NCBI GenBank assembly: GCA_963705305.1
Contig: OY970067.1
Location: forward strand, 3,616,001-3,680,000
DNA: 64,000 nt
Reading direction: 5' to 3'
Source: an uncultured Methylomirabilota bacterium
GTDB taxonomy: Bacteria > Methylomirabilota > Methylomirabilia > Methylomirabilales > 2-02-FULL-66-22
Below the pieces are notes generated by a model that saw nothing but the letters and a program-made list of their open reading frames with translations, did no database searches and had not been told where the DNA came from. A program made the position numbers and the translations under genes. This document shows, piece by piece, positions 40,775 to 51,043 of the stretch. Numbering within the stretch: position 1 is the stretch's first letter; each line of letters starts with the position of its first letter.

Positions 40775-40800
40775 GCCTCCCCTTCTTTCTTCATGGGTCG

Positions 40801-41391
40801 TTAGCGCCGGGGTGGGGGGGCTACAGTCGTGGCCAGGGAGAGTCGCGCCTGTGTCTCCCCGCCGAGGGAGGACAGCAGAACCGCATCCTCTTGGACCGCC
40901 TGCACACGAAATCGACCCAGGAATGTGCCCCCCGCCTCAACGGTATAGACCTGCTGCCCCTGGACGATGAAGGCGATTGCCCGCCCCTTGTCCCTGAGGA
41001 ATCCCACGTAGCGCAGCCCCTTGACCTCGTCCTGGAATGGATCGGGCGGCGGCGGGGCCGGCGCCGCGACGGGTGCCGCCCCGGCGGGCGGGGCCGACGC
41101 TGCAGCCGACGCCGCCGGAGGAGGAGGGAAGCTGCCGAAGATATTCTGCACCTCGTGCGGATAGGCCGGCCGCGGCATGCGGAGGAGCTCCAGCTTGAGG
41201 CGCGGCAGCTCCCCAGGCTGGGCGGCGCGGGTGCGCGCCGGCCTCGCGCTCCGATCGGGGGAGGCCAACGGGGCGGGGGAGACGCTCGTCTGGCGGAAGA
41301 CGAGGATCAGCGCCCAGACCCCGAGCAGGGCGACCAGGATCAGGAGTTGTCCGGAGGATCCGCGCATGTTCCCCGATTGCCCTCGCGCCAC
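40801..41391 (-). CDS. PilP/GspC-like accessory protein
   Basis: TM helix, Pro-rich linker and C-terminal beta domain (LRYVGF...GRFRVQAV); lies between PilO-like gene and secretin. Confidence 0.6.
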   Translation of the reverse strand: MARGQSGNMRGSSGQLLILVALLGVWALILVFRQTSVSPAPLASPDRSARPARTRAAQPGELPRLKLELLRMPRPAYPHEVQNIFGSFPPPPAASAAASAPPAGAAPVAAPAPPPPDPFQDEVKGLRYVGFLRDKGRAIAFIVQGQQVYTVEAGGTFLGRFRVQAVQEDAVLLSSLGGETQARLSLATTVAPPPRR

Positions 41392-41393
41392 GC

Positions 41394-41918
41394 CTACCGC
41401 ACGTACACCGCCAGCTGGAGCTGCCCCTGGAGGGTCGGCGCTCCCGGCGGCTCTGCGAGCGACAGCCGCTCGATCACCAGGTAGCGGCGCATCCCTTCCA
41501 GCTCGTAGAGGAAGCGCCGGATCTTGTCGTACGTTCCATCCACGCCCATGACCAGCGTCACCTTGGTGAGCTCGACATCCTTGATCTCGGAAGGATGATA
41601 CGTGACCACCGGGATCTGCAGGGCCAGCGAGCGGGCCAGCTTCGTGACCCGATCGATGATCTCCACCAGATCGCCGCGGACAGGGTATCCCTGCGTGAAC
41701 TCCTCGACCTCACGAAAGGAGGTCAGCAGTGTTTCGCTGGCGGTTCCGTCCGTCCGCACCGCCCGCACCCGGCGCTGGAGATCGAGGAGCTGCTCCTCCT
41801 GGTGCTGCTGCTCCGCGCGCAGGGGCATGAGCAGCAGGAAGAAGACCAGCGCGTTGATCGCCACCAATATCAGAGCGATCCACCAGAGCCGGCGCTGCCG
41901 GCCGCTGCCGCCGCTCAT
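41394..41918 (-). CDS. PilO/GspM-like protein
   Basis: TM plus coiled coil and GTYDKIRRFLYELE ferredoxin-like fold. Confidence 0.8.
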   Translation of the reverse strand: MSGGSGRQRRLWWIALILVAINALVFFLLLMPLRAEQQHQEEQLLDLQRRVRAVRTDGTASETLLTSFREVEEFTQGYPVRGDLVEIIDRVTKLARSLALQIPVVTYHPSEIKDVELTKVTLVMGVDGTYDKIRRFLYELEGMRRYLVIERLSLAEPPGAPTLQGQLQLAVYVR

Positions 41919-42487
41919 TGCGATGCCCCCTGGCATTCCAGTCGCACCGAGAAATCGAGACTCTCGGCTCCGCCGGATGGCGACTTCCGCCACGCCTGGC
42001 GCAGCAGATAGACGTTGTGAAAGGCCGGACGCTGCTCCAGGGCGCGGAGCAAGCGCCCCAGGTCGTCGAACGAGCGCGCCGTTCCCTGCAAGACCACCTC
42101 TCGGCTGGCAAGATCCGGCCGGATCTCGCTGAGGTGGACGGCCGGCGGGACCGAGTGCTCCAGCTCGAGCAGCAGGCCCGTCCACGAGAACGACACCGCC
42201 TCCAGGATCTGGTTGTAGGTCGCGACCTTGGTCCGATAGCGTTTGATTGCCTCGTCGGGCAAACCCTCCCGGATGATTTGCAGCGACTCCTGGTGCCGGC
42301 GGAATTCCGCCTCCATCTTCTCGAACCGGCCCTGGGTGAGCTGGGTGGCCTGGTGAAGGTGACGCCACAGCGCGAGCTGGCCCAGAAGGAGCACGACCAG
42401 GAGGGCTACCAGCCCGCCGGCCAGGAGGCTCATCCGGCGGCTGCGACGATAATCGGCCGTTGTCAGGTTGAAGCCCGAGATCAACAT
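41915..42487 (-). CDS. PilN-like protein
   Basis: FNL motif, TM helix, SWTGLLLELEHSVPPAVHL and LQGTARS. Confidence 0.8.
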   Translation of the reverse strand: MLISGFNLTTADYRRSRRMSLLAGGLVALLVVLLLGQLALWRHLHQATQLTQGRFEKMEAEFRRHQESLQIIREGLPDEAIKRYRTKVATYNQILEAVSFSWTGLLLELEHSVPPAVHLSEIRPDLASREVVLQGTARSFDDLGRLLRALEQRPAFHNVYLLRQAWRKSPSGGAESLDFSVRLECQGASQ

Positions 42488-43359
42488 AATCGTGCCGCCG
42501 CCCCCAGGGGCGCCTCCCAGGCCGCCCCGGCCTTTCCATCCAGGCTCTGGACCGGGACCTCCAGCCACTCGCCCAGTGCCCTGGCGATCCCATCGGTGAA
42601 GCCGCCCCAGCCCTCCAAGAACAGTCCGCGCAGCCCCGCGGCGCCTTCCGCGTCGCGGCAGTAGGCGAGGGAATCCGCCACCTCCCGGAGCAGGGGGGCA
42701 CGCCGATCCTCCTCCCAATCGGCCGCTCCCGCCGTCAGCGTTCGCCAGAAACGCGGGCGGCCCTCGTGGAAGAGCAGGAGGGTGGTGTAGCGGCCGCTGG
42801 CCGAGAGCAAGCCCGTCGCGCCTGCGTCGAACTGCTCGGGCTTGGCGCAGGCCACACACACGCTGTGGGCGTCAAGGACGGCCGCACGCAGCCCCGCGGC
42901 CGCCAGCGCGTCTTCGTACTCCTGAAGGATGCGGTCCTGCGCCATCAGGCACGGCACCCGCAGTCGTCCATCGGGGGCCCGACCTGGCGAAAGGAAGTCC
43001 AGACGGAGCTCCTCCGTCGGAACGGGAAGCAGATCGCGAGCCTGCCATCGCAGGAACCGGCGGGCCTCATCCCGGGCCGGCGGCAGCTCGTCTGTTTCGA
43101 TCGTCCGCAGGCTGAAGACCGCGTCTGGCAATGCCACCCGAACCCACCCCCGGCAGCCGACCTGCCGGCAGACATTGCTGAGGAGCGATCCCAGGGCGGC
43201 GGAATTTGTGATATTTGACTGCTTCAGCGACGGTCGGATGAGCCCGGCAGGTACCGGCGCCTCCGCCCGCCGGTCCACACGCGTGCTTCCGCGCCGCCGC
43301 CGGGCCCGGCAGACTCGCACCATATCGGTTGTGATCTCCAGCCCCCAGGCCATGGGCAT
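42481..43359 (-). CDS. PilM/GspL-like cytoplasmic platform protein
   Basis: GLEIT, GLIRPSL..NI, VALPD, FLRWQ and YEDALAAAGL. Confidence 0.75.
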   Translation of the reverse strand: MPMAWGLEITTDMVRVCRARRRRGSTRVDRRAEAPVPAGLIRPSLKQSNITNSAALGSLLSNVCRQVGCRGWVRVALPDAVFSLRTIETDELPPARDEARRFLRWQARDLLPVPTEELRLDFLSPGRAPDGRLRVPCLMAQDRILQEYEDALAAAGLRAAVLDAHSVCVACAKPEQFDAGATGLLSASGRYTTLLLFHEGRPRFWRTLTAGAADWEEDRRAPLLREVADSLAYCRDAEGAAGLRGLFLEGWGGFTDGIARALGEWLEVPVQSLDGKAGAAWEAPLGAAARLC

Positions 43360-43469
43360 TCCCAAATTTCAAGCCGACACCCGACAACCGAGCAATGCTA
43401 AACGGGGAACCATTGGTCGGTTTTGCATTGTCCGTTGTCGGTTTTGCATTGAGCCCCGATGGGGGGCGG

Positions 43470-45176
43470 TCACTCGGCGAAGGTGACCCGGTTGATCTCC
43501 GTCAGGGTGGTGATCCCCGCCCGGGCCCTGGCCAAGGCGGCCTCTCGAAGCGACACCGTCCCGCCTGCCTGGGCCGCCGCCCGGATGTCTCCGGCGGGAC
43601 GCCGCTCCAGGATCAGGCTGCGGATGGCGTCGGTTATCTCCACCAGTTCGGCGATCGCCGTCCGCCCCCGGAAGCCGGATCCCTCGCATTCCTCGCAGCC
43701 GACCGGCTCGAAGTATGTGTACGCCGCTTCCGCGGCGGGATCCAGCCCCGACTCGTCCAGGACCTCGAGGGGCGGCTGCGAGGGCTTTCGGCAAGAGAGG
43801 CAAAGCACCCGCACCAGCCGCTGGGTCAGGATGCAATTCAAGGACGAGAGAAAGTGGTATGGCTCCAGCCCCATGTTCAGGAAGCGCCCCAGCACGTCCA
43901 TGACGTTGTTGGCGTGCACCGTGGTGAACACGAGGTGGCCGGTCAGGGCGGATTGGACGGCGATCTGCGCGGTTTCGGGATCCCGGATTTCGCCCACCAG
44001 GATCTTGTCGGGATCGTGGCGCAGGATGCTCCGCAGGCCGCGCGCGAAGGTGAGGCCCTTCTTCTCGTTCACCGGGATCTGCACCACGTTCCGCAGCTGG
44101 TACTCGATGGGATCCTCGATGGTGATGATCTTGTCGGCCCCCGTATGGATCTCGGAGATGGCGGCGTACAAGGTGGTCGTCTTGCCGGACCCGGTCGGCC
44201 CCGTCACCAGGACCATCCCGTGCGGGCGGTGGATCTGGCGGCGCAGCCGGCGCAGGTCCTCCTCGCCGATTCCCAGGATGTCCAGGCGGAGGTCGGCCAG
44301 CTCCTTGGTGATGGCCTCTTTGTCCAGGATGCGGATCACGACCGCCTCGCCGAAGTTGCTGGGCAGGATGGATACCCGGAAGTCAATGGAGCGGCCGTGC
44401 GCCTTCAGCTTGAACCGCCCGTCCTGGGGGATGCGGTGCTCGGCGATGTCCAGCTCGGCCATGATCTTGATCCGGGAGACGATGGTATCCTGGTGCCGCC
44501 GATCGATGGGCTCTATCGCCGGCACCAGCATGCCGTCCACGCGGTATTTCACCAGGACGTGTTTCTCGCTGGCCTCGATGTGTACGTCGCTGGCCCGACG
44601 CTCCATGGCGTTCATGAGGATGGTGTCCACCAGGCGGATGGTGGGACTGGCGTCGGCGCCCTGCGTTGAGCCCAGCGAGATGACCCCTTCCTCCTCGCCG
44701 GCTTCGGCCAGCTTGAAATCCTCGGTGATGGCTTGGAGCACCCGCTGGGAGTCGTCGGCCCGGCTCAGTCGCTCCAGGACCGCCGAGCGGGGTGCCAGGA
44801 CCAGCTCCACCGGTCCGCCGTGCCATTGGCACAGGTCGTCACGGAGCAGGATGTTCCCCGGATCGGCTACCGCCACCACCAGACGGTCGCCATCGTGGCG
44901 GAGGGGAATGAAGAGATCGCGCTGCATCCGCTCCAGGGGGAAGTGGTTGAGAATGCCGGGCTCGAAGATCGTGCTGGCGAGGTCCACCACCGGCAACCCG
45001 TGCAGGCGGCCCAGGGTCCCGACGAGAGCGGTCTCGTCCAGCAGACCGATATCCACCAGATGCCAGCCCAGGCCGCCCCGCACGCCATTGCGCTGTGCCA
45101 GGGCCGCGTCCAGCTCTGCGCGGGACAGCAGGCCCTCCTCGAGCAGCAGCTCTTCCAGCGTGCGATACGATCTCAT
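43470..45176 (-). CDS. gspE: GspE/PilB family assembly ATPase
   Basis: ASDVHIE, PQDGRF, TGPTGSGKTTT, TIEDPIEY, LRHDPD, TGHLV and tetra-Cys motif. Confidence 0.93.
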   Translation of the reverse strand: MRSYRTLEELLLEEGLLSRAELDAALAQRNGVRGGLGWHLVDIGLLDETALVGTLGRLHGLPVVDLASTIFEPGILNHFPLERMQRDLFIPLRHDGDRLVVAVADPGNILLRDDLCQWHGGPVELVLAPRSAVLERLSRADDSQRVLQAITEDFKLAEAGEEEGVISLGSTQGADASPTIRLVDTILMNAMERRASDVHIEASEKHVLVKYRVDGMLVPAIEPIDRRHQDTIVSRIKIMAELDIAEHRIPQDGRFKLKAHGRSIDFRVSILPSNFGEAVVIRILDKEAITKELADLRLDILGIGEEDLRRLRRQIHRPHGMVLVTGPTGSGKTTTLYAAISEIHTGADKIITIEDPIEYQLRNVVQIPVNEKKGLTFARGLRSILRHDPDKILVGEIRDPETAQIAVQSALTGHLVFTTVHANNVMDVLGRFLNMGLEPYHFLSSLNCILTQRLVRVLCLSCRKPSQPPLEVLDESGLDPAAEAAYTYFEPVGCEECEGSGFRGRTAIAELVEITDAIRSLILERRPAGDIRAAAQAGGTVSLREAALARARAGITTLTEINRVTFAE

Positions 45177-45309
45177 GCGGCCTCTCGCCCCCGCGATCAG
45201 GAGCGTCTCAATGCAAAACCGACAAATGACTCCCGATCAACCCTTGCTCTTACTGGTCGGTTTTCCATTCTCGGTTGTCCGCTTGGAATTCCTCCCTGCC
45301 GGTCAATTG

Positions 45310-46524
45310 CTACCGCACCACACCGGCCAGGTGGAAGATCGGTAGGTACATGATTACGACAATCACGGCCACGATCGCCCCCATGACGATCATGATGGCG
45401 GGCTCGATGGCCGCCGCCAGGGTCGCCAGCCGGGTGTCCATCTCGGTATCGTACAGGTCCGCCGCGTGGCCCAGCATCTCCACGAGGGATCCGCTCTTCT
45501 CGCCCACGGCCAGCAGCTCGAGCATCATGGGAGGGACGACCCCGGTTTGCTCCAGCGCATCCGCCAGGCTTTTGCCACCCGCGACGCCCGGGAGGGCCGT
45601 CCGGAGGGCCGCGGTCAGATACGCATTCCCCATGGTTCCCAGGGTCGTCTCGAGCGATGGGATCATGGGGATTCCGCCCGCCAGCATCATGGCCAGGGTG
45701 CGGGCAAAGCGGGAAAAAAGATATCCCCGCGTCAGGCTGCCCACCCACGGGAGGTACAGCGTCCAGCGATCGGTCAGATGCCGGCCGTGGGGCGTCGCCC
45801 GCCAGCGCCATGCCGCCACACCGAGACCCACCGCGCCCGCCAGGACCAGCGGGAAGGCTGCCTGCAGCCGGTGGGTCAGGGAGATCAGCACCCGGGTGGC
45901 AACCGGGAGCTGGGCCTCCATGTCCCCGTAAATCTTCGTGAATGAAGGGACGACAAATGTCAACAGGAACAGCACCACCGCGGTAGAGGCGACGCACAGG
46001 ATCGCCGGATAGGTCAGGGCGCCGCGAAAGCGCTGGCGGATGGCCAGGGTCCGCTTCTGGTACTCCACGTATCGGCCCAGGGCCTCCATGAAGTTTCCGC
46101 TCTGCTCGCCGGCGCGGAGGGCCGCGGCGTACAAGGGGGAGAAGACCCTGGGGTGTCGGGCCAGGGCCGCCGAGAGGGCGGCGCCGCCGGTTACGGCCTG
46201 GCGCACCTCCTCCAGCAGGGCCTGCAGGCGGACCTGCTGCGTCCGGTTCTGCAAGAGTTCCAGCGCGGTGAGGATGGGGAGGCCGGCCTTCACCAGCGCC
46301 AGCAGCTCTTGGTTGAACACGAGGAGAGCGCGGGTGCTGACCCGATCCAGAGCGGGGAGCGATCGGCGCCACCGGCCCCGCGGATCCGAGCGGCCTCTGG
46401 TCTCGAAGACGAAAAGCCCCTGGGCCTCCAGGCTCCGCCTGGCCGCCTCGGCGCTTTCGCCCTGGGCCTCCATGGTGCGGACGGTTCCCCTCGGAGTCCC
46501 GATCTTGAAGGAGAATCGTGCCAT
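45310..46524 (-). CDS. gspF: GspF/PilC inner-membrane platform protein
   Basis: AGLPIL, AGEQSG, LTYP, VGEKSG, IEPAI and MYLPIF. Confidence 0.93.
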   Translation of the reverse strand: MARFSFKIGTPRGTVRTMEAQGESAEAARRSLEAQGLFVFETRGRSDPRGRWRRSLPALDRVSTRALLVFNQELLALVKAGLPILTALELLQNRTQQVRLQALLEEVRQAVTGGAALSAALARHPRVFSPLYAAALRAGEQSGNFMEALGRYVEYQKRTLAIRQRFRGALTYPAILCVASTAVVLFLLTFVVPSFTKIYGDMEAQLPVATRVLISLTHRLQAAFPLVLAGAVGLGVAAWRWRATPHGRHLTDRWTLYLPWVGSLTRGYLFSRFARTLAMMLAGGIPMIPSLETTLGTMGNAYLTAALRTALPGVAGGKSLADALEQTGVVPPMMLELLAVGEKSGSLVEMLGHAADLYDTEMDTRLATLAAAIEPAIMIVMGAIVAVIVVIMYLPIFHLAGVVR

Positions 46525-46557
46525 GTGTCCTCGCCGAAAACTCTCTGACAGGTCAAA

Positions 46558-46667
46558 ATTGTATAAAAATCATCCATCCAAGGGCAAGCGAATAAATCGG
46601 CCTCGTGCGAAGGATGGCGAAGGCGATTGACTTCGCCCTTGACTCTATTCCTTGAGGCTTTATGATG
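46558..46667. promoter_or_regulatory. putative divergent sigma-70 promoters for the gspF operon and ctaAB
   Basis: Minus strand TTGCCC-N18-TACAAT (46587-46558); plus strand TTGACT-N16-TATGAT (from 46640). Confidence 0.45.
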
Positions 46668-46931
46668 CGGCCAAGCAGTGATTTTTCGTCGCTCCGTCAA
46701 CGATTTCCCTGCATCAGGTCCACGACCAAGAATCCGATGTCTGGCTTCGACATGCTGGTCTGAACGCCGGTCCGTCCACCCGGTAGGCCTGGGGACGCGC
46801 CGCGTCCGCGCGGAAAATCGGGTCGAGAGTGACAGCCTGTTTTCGCGAGAAAAGGATACCGACCCGGGGATCTATTCGTGGTGCATCGCCAGGCCTGGTG
46901 ATACGGGATAGACAACACGCAGGAGGGCACC

Positions 46932-47891
46932 ATGCGAACGCAGGATATTCCAAAGCCAGATGGCCGGCACGGCGGTAGCGCCTGGCCGCATCGGCTGGCC
47001 CTGTTGACCGCCGGGGCGACGTTCCTGTTGATCCTGGCGGGCGGAGTGGTCACCAGCACGAACTCGGGGATGGCGGTCCCGGACTGGCCGACGACATTCG
47101 GCTACGACATGTTCCTCTTCCCCTGGTCGAAAATGGTCGGAGGAATCCTGTACGAGCACAGCCATCGGCTGATCGGCTCCCTGGTCGGATTGTGCACCCT
47201 GGCACTGGCCCTGGCGCTCTGGACCGGCGACTCCCGCCGGTGGCTGCGCTGGCTGGGGGTGGCGGCGGCCCTCGCCGTGATCCTGCAAGGGGTGCTGGGC
47301 GGGCTGCGCGTGGTCCTGGCGGACGAGCAGCTGGCCATTGTTCACGGCGTCATTGCCTATGCCTTCTTTGCCTTCGTGGGGAGCCTGGCGCTCTTCACGT
47401 CCCGCGCCTGGAAAGATGCCGCTCTTCGCCCGGCGCCGGTGGACCTCGGCCCCCTGCGGCGCCTGTCGCTGTGGCTGACCGTGGTCCTCTTCCTCCAGAT
47501 CGTGGCCGGGGCGTTCCTGACTCACGTCGGCCGCGGCCTGGGCGCGCACCTGTTTCTGGCCGCCCTCGTCTCGGTGGGCCTGCCGCTGTTGGCCTGGCGC
47601 ATCCTGGTACATCGCGCCGACTGGCCGCAGCTGGCCGCTCCCGCCGCCCTGTTGCGGAACCTGTGGATCCTTCAACTGATCCTGGGGGCCTGCGCGTATG
47701 CAGCCATGATGGGGGCCCTGGGGGGCTCGCAGAGCCCGGTCTTGACGATCGGCTTCCCCGTGGCCCACCGTCTGGTGGCGGCGCTGATGCTGGCCACGGG
47801 CCTGACCCTGGTCCTGTGGACGTATCGGCTGGGTCCTGAAGGCGAGCAGGCGCTGGGCCGGCAGGCATCCTCACGCGGGGTTCCGGCATGA
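46932..47891 (+). CDS. ctaA: heme A synthase (COX15/CtaA)
   Basis: SGMAVPDWP, EHSHRL, IVHG and VAHRL. Confidence 0.9.
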   Translation: MRTQDIPKPDGRHGGSAWPHRLALLTAGATFLLILAGGVVTSTNSGMAVPDWPTTFGYDMFLFPWSKMVGGILYEHSHRLIGSLVGLCTLALALALWTGDSRRWLRWLGVAAALAVILQGVLGGLRVVLADEQLAIVHGVIAYAFFAFVGSLALFTSRAWKDAALRPAPVDLGPLRRLSLWLTVVLFLQIVAGAFLTHVGRGLGAHLFLAALVSVGLPLLAWRILVHRADWPQLAAPAALLRNLWILQLILGACAYAAMMGALGGSQSPVLTIGFPVAHRLVAALMLATGLTLVLWTYRLGPEGEQALGRQASSRGVPA

Positions 47892-48796
47892 TGATTCCCC
47901 GCGCGGCGGTGGTCGAGGGCCCGCGGGTGCGGGTTCAGCGGCGGTCGGCCGACTTCGTCATGCTGACCAAGCCGAGGGTGGTGCTGATGGTGCTCGTCAC
48001 CACCTTCGTGGGGTTTCACCTGGGCTCCCTCGGCGCCCCCGATCCGCTGCGGCTGCTGAGCGTGCTGCTGGGGACGGCGCTGGCGGCGGGAGGGACCCTG
48101 GCGCTGAACCAGTTCCTGGAGCGAGACCTGGACGCCAAGATGGAGCGGACGCGGCGCCGCCCCCTCCCCGACGGCCGTCTGCAGCCGCGAGAGGCGCTGG
48201 TCTTCGGGGTGGTGCTGGTGTCTGCCGGCCTACTGTACCTCACGCTGGCCGTCAATCGCGTGAGCGGCCTCGTGACCGCCGCCACGGCCGTCAGCTATCT
48301 CTTTGGCTATACGCCACTCAAGCGCCGCTCATCCCTGTGCACGCTGCTGGGGGCCGTCCCGGGCGCCTTGCCGCCGGTGACGGGGTGGGTGGCGGCACGG
48401 GGAGAGTTCGGGGCCGGCGCCTGGGTGCTCTTCGGCATCCTCTTCCTCTGGCAGCTTCCCCACAGCCTGGCCATCGCCAGCATTTACCGGAACGACTACG
48501 CCCGCGCCGGGATCTGCCTTCTCCCCGTGATCGATCCGGACGGCGGCAGCACCGGCCGCCAGATGGTGATGAACGCCATGGCGCTCCTGCCCGTGGGACT
48601 GCTCCCCACGTTCGTCGGGATCGCGGGGCGAGCCTATTTCCTGGGGGCGCTGGCCCTGGGGGTCCTCCTGCTGGCGTGCACGATCAGCACGGCCTGGCAG
48701 GGGACGGCGGCGGGTGCGCGCCGCCTCATGTTCGTCACCCTGGTCTACCTTCCTGCCCTCTTCGCCCTCATGGCGCTGGACAAGATCAGCTTCTAG
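47888..48796 (+). CDS. ctaB: protoheme IX farnesyltransferase (heme O synthase)
   Basis: LTKPRV, ERDLDAKMERTRRRPLP, YTPLKR and WQLPH. Confidence 0.95.
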   Translation: MMIPRAAVVEGPRVRVQRRSADFVMLTKPRVVLMVLVTTFVGFHLGSLGAPDPLRLLSVLLGTALAAGGTLALNQFLERDLDAKMERTRRRPLPDGRLQPREALVFGVVLVSAGLLYLTLAVNRVSGLVTAATAVSYLFGYTPLKRRSSLCTLLGAVPGALPPVTGWVAARGEFGAGAWVLFGILFLWQLPHSLAIASIYRNDYARAGICLLPVIDPDGGSTGRQMVMNAMALLPVGLLPTFVGIAGRAYFLGALALGVLLLACTISTAWQGTAAGARRLMFVTLVYLPALFALMALDKISF

Positions 48797-48824
48797 TTGC
48801 CGCGTTGGGAGTGTGGTACGCCGT

Positions 48825-50288
48825 TCACGCGGGGCGCAGGGCGGGCGTCTGGCCCTCGGCCGCTCCCGTCGCGCGGACCGGGACGGCGTACGGACCTTCG
48901 GGGATGAAAGCAACGCTGGGGGTGGCACCCCTCCAGCGGGGATGGTGCACGGCATACACCAGGGCGTTCTGGACCATGGCCCGCGCCCGCTCCGCATCCT
49001 CGTCGGGTGGATCGTCGGGGAGGTAATCCCAGCCCATCCGGCCGGGAACGAGCTGGTGAGCGGCGCGCGAGAGGCGCGCCGAGCAGTACACCAAGCCCTC
49101 CTCGCCGACTTTTGCCAATACCTTTCCCCACATCTGCGGCTCCCACTGGTCCTTGGTAAACCGCCAGGATGGGTTGAGGAGGGTTGCGAGGTACCGGTCA
49201 TGCCCCTGGAGCTTGAGGAGATGCAGGAGCGTCTTGTACTCGGCAGGTCCGATGGGGTCCTCGTCTCGCTCGCAGGCGGCCAGGACGATGCATCCGCCGT
49301 TGGCCACGACGGGCAGGGCGTTCACCGCCGCCTTGGCGTTCTGGTAGTGGTTGATCCCGACATACCCGCCGTGGGTCAGCACGATGTCGTATTCGCGCTC
49401 CACCGGGATGGTGACAACCCTCCGGAGCAGCTCGACGGCCTTGGCGTGGGCCTGGAGAAGGTCGCCGGAAAAGACGTCGATCAGTTGCAGGCGGCGGTCC
49501 AGCACTGTGTTGATGATGAAATCCGCGCCCACCTTCGTGGCGATCTCGACGGCTTTCTCATGGCAGGGGTTCCCTTCCAGAACGAGGTTGGTGGCTCGGG
49601 GGGAATCCAGGAACCGGACGCTGTGGAACTTCTCGATGGTCTTCCGGCTGACCAGCGCGGGGCAGATGGCCTTGCGTCCTCCGGAGGCGCCCGCCATGAA
49701 ATGGCTTTCCACCAACGCGGTGGCGATCTTGACGTCCGCCTCGTAGTAGGCCCGGTTGATGAGAATCGCGGTCCCGGTCGTGGTTGTGCCGATATCCACC
49801 AAGCCCGCCTGGTCGTCGCACGCGTGATCCAGGATCGTGTACTGCGCCACCACATCTTTGCCGAACATGGCGACCTTTTCGTCCCGGGTGCTCGCCCGAT
49901 GGGTCCCCGTCCCCACCAGCAGGGTGATCTTGTCGCGGCGGATCCCCGCCAGGAGGAGCAGCTCCAGCAGGGGGGGCAGGATCCCTGATTCTCCTTTATA
50001 CGGCACGGGCCGGGTGATGTCGGACGTGGTGATGCAGACGGTCAGATCGCCGGCCGGCTTCCCCTTGCCGCGTAGAATCTCGGGCAATTGCTTGCAACCG
50101 ATGGGCTGTTGGATGGATCGGCGGATGGCCCCGCGCGGATCCCTCAGAGGCGGGACCTCGGTCATCTGCAGCACACTGCACTCGGCCGGCACACGGATCG
50201 GCAGGGACTGATCGGCGTACTCGACCGCCACGGTCTTCCAGCCCGCCATGTCGGCACCCTGTATGATCCGTGCCACGTCACTGTTCAT
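48825..50288 (-). CDS. larA: LarA-superfamily nickel-pincer-nucleotide-dependent racemase/epimerase
   Basis: SDITRP, GTGTHR, ESHFMAGASGGRK, FHS and HYQNAK. Confidence 0.85.
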   Translation of the reverse strand: MNSDVARIIQGADMAGWKTVAVEYADQSLPIRVPAECSVLQMTEVPPLRDPRGAIRRSIQQPIGCKQLPEILRGKGKPAGDLTVCITTSDITRPVPYKGESGILPPLLELLLLAGIRRDKITLLVGTGTHRASTRDEKVAMFGKDVVAQYTILDHACDDQAGLVDIGTTTTGTAILINRAYYEADVKIATALVESHFMAGASGGRKAICPALVSRKTIEKFHSVRFLDSPRATNLVLEGNPCHEKAVEIATKVGADFIINTVLDRRLQLIDVFSGDLLQAHAKAVELLRRVVTIPVEREYDIVLTHGGYVGINHYQNAKAAVNALPVVANGGCIVLAACERDEDPIGPAEYKTLLHLLKLQGHDRYLATLLNPSWRFTKDQWEPQMWGKVLAKVGEEGLVYCSARLSRAAHQLVPGRMGWDYLPDDPPDEDAERARAMVQNALVYAVHHPRWRGATPSVAFIPEGPYAVPVRATGAAEGQTPALRPA

Positions 50289-50338
50289 GATGGGCTCCTC
50301 TTCTTGCCCAGCCCTGAAGTTCCGGTGGGGCGTCCGAC

Positions 50339-51043
50339 CTACATTCCCAGGTACGCTTTACGGACCAAGTCGGACTTCAAGAGGTCCTTACCCTTGCCGT
50401 CCAGGACGATGCGGCCGGTCTGGAGGACATAGGCCCGATCCGAGATGTCCAGGGCCTCGTAGACGTTCTGCTCGACCAGGAAGACGGTGACCCCCCTCCG
50501 GCTGATCTCGTGGATCGTCTTGAAGATCTCCGACACCAGCTTCGGCATAATCCCGAGCGACGGCTCGTCCAGCATGAGCAAGGCCGGCCGCGACATCAAG
50601 CCGCGGCCGATAGCCAGCTGCTGCTGTTCGCCGCCGCTCAACGTGTCCGCCCGTTGCCCCTTGCGCTCGCCCAGGCGCGGGAAGAGGGCCAGGACACTCT
50701 CCAGCGATTGGCTGGTCTCCTCCTTCGAGTCCAGGGCGTAGGCCCCCAGCAGGAGATTGTCCAGGACCGAGAGCCGCCCGAAGAGCTGCCGACCCTCCGG
50801 AACCATGGCGATTTTCTTTCGAACGATTTCATAGGGGGGAACGACGTGGATGGGCTCGCCATTGAACAGAATTTCGCCTCTGCGGGGTCGAAGCAGCCCG
50901 GCAATGGTCCTGAGGATCGTGCTCTTCCCCGCCCCGTTCGAGCCCACGAGGCTGACGACTTCTCCCTGCTGTATGGTGAAAGAGACATCGTGGACGGCCA
51001 GCAGCTCTTTGTAGCCTACCGAGAGCTCCTTAACTTGCAGCAT
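50339..51043 (-). CDS. livF: LIV-type ABC transporter ATPase
   Basis: GSNGAGKS, LSGGEQQ and LDEPSLG. Confidence 0.9.
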   Translation of the reverse strand: MLQVKELSVGYKELLAVHDVSFTIQQGEVVSLVGSNGAGKSTILRTIAGLLRPRRGEILFNGEPIHVVPPYEIVRKKIAMVPEGRQLFGRLSVLDNLLLGAYALDSKEETSQSLESVLALFPRLGERKGQRADTLSGGEQQQLAIGRGLMSRPALLMLDEPSLGIMPKLVSEIFKTIHEISRRGVTVFLVEQNVYEALDISDRAYVLQTGRIVLDGKGKDLLKSDLVRKAYLGM

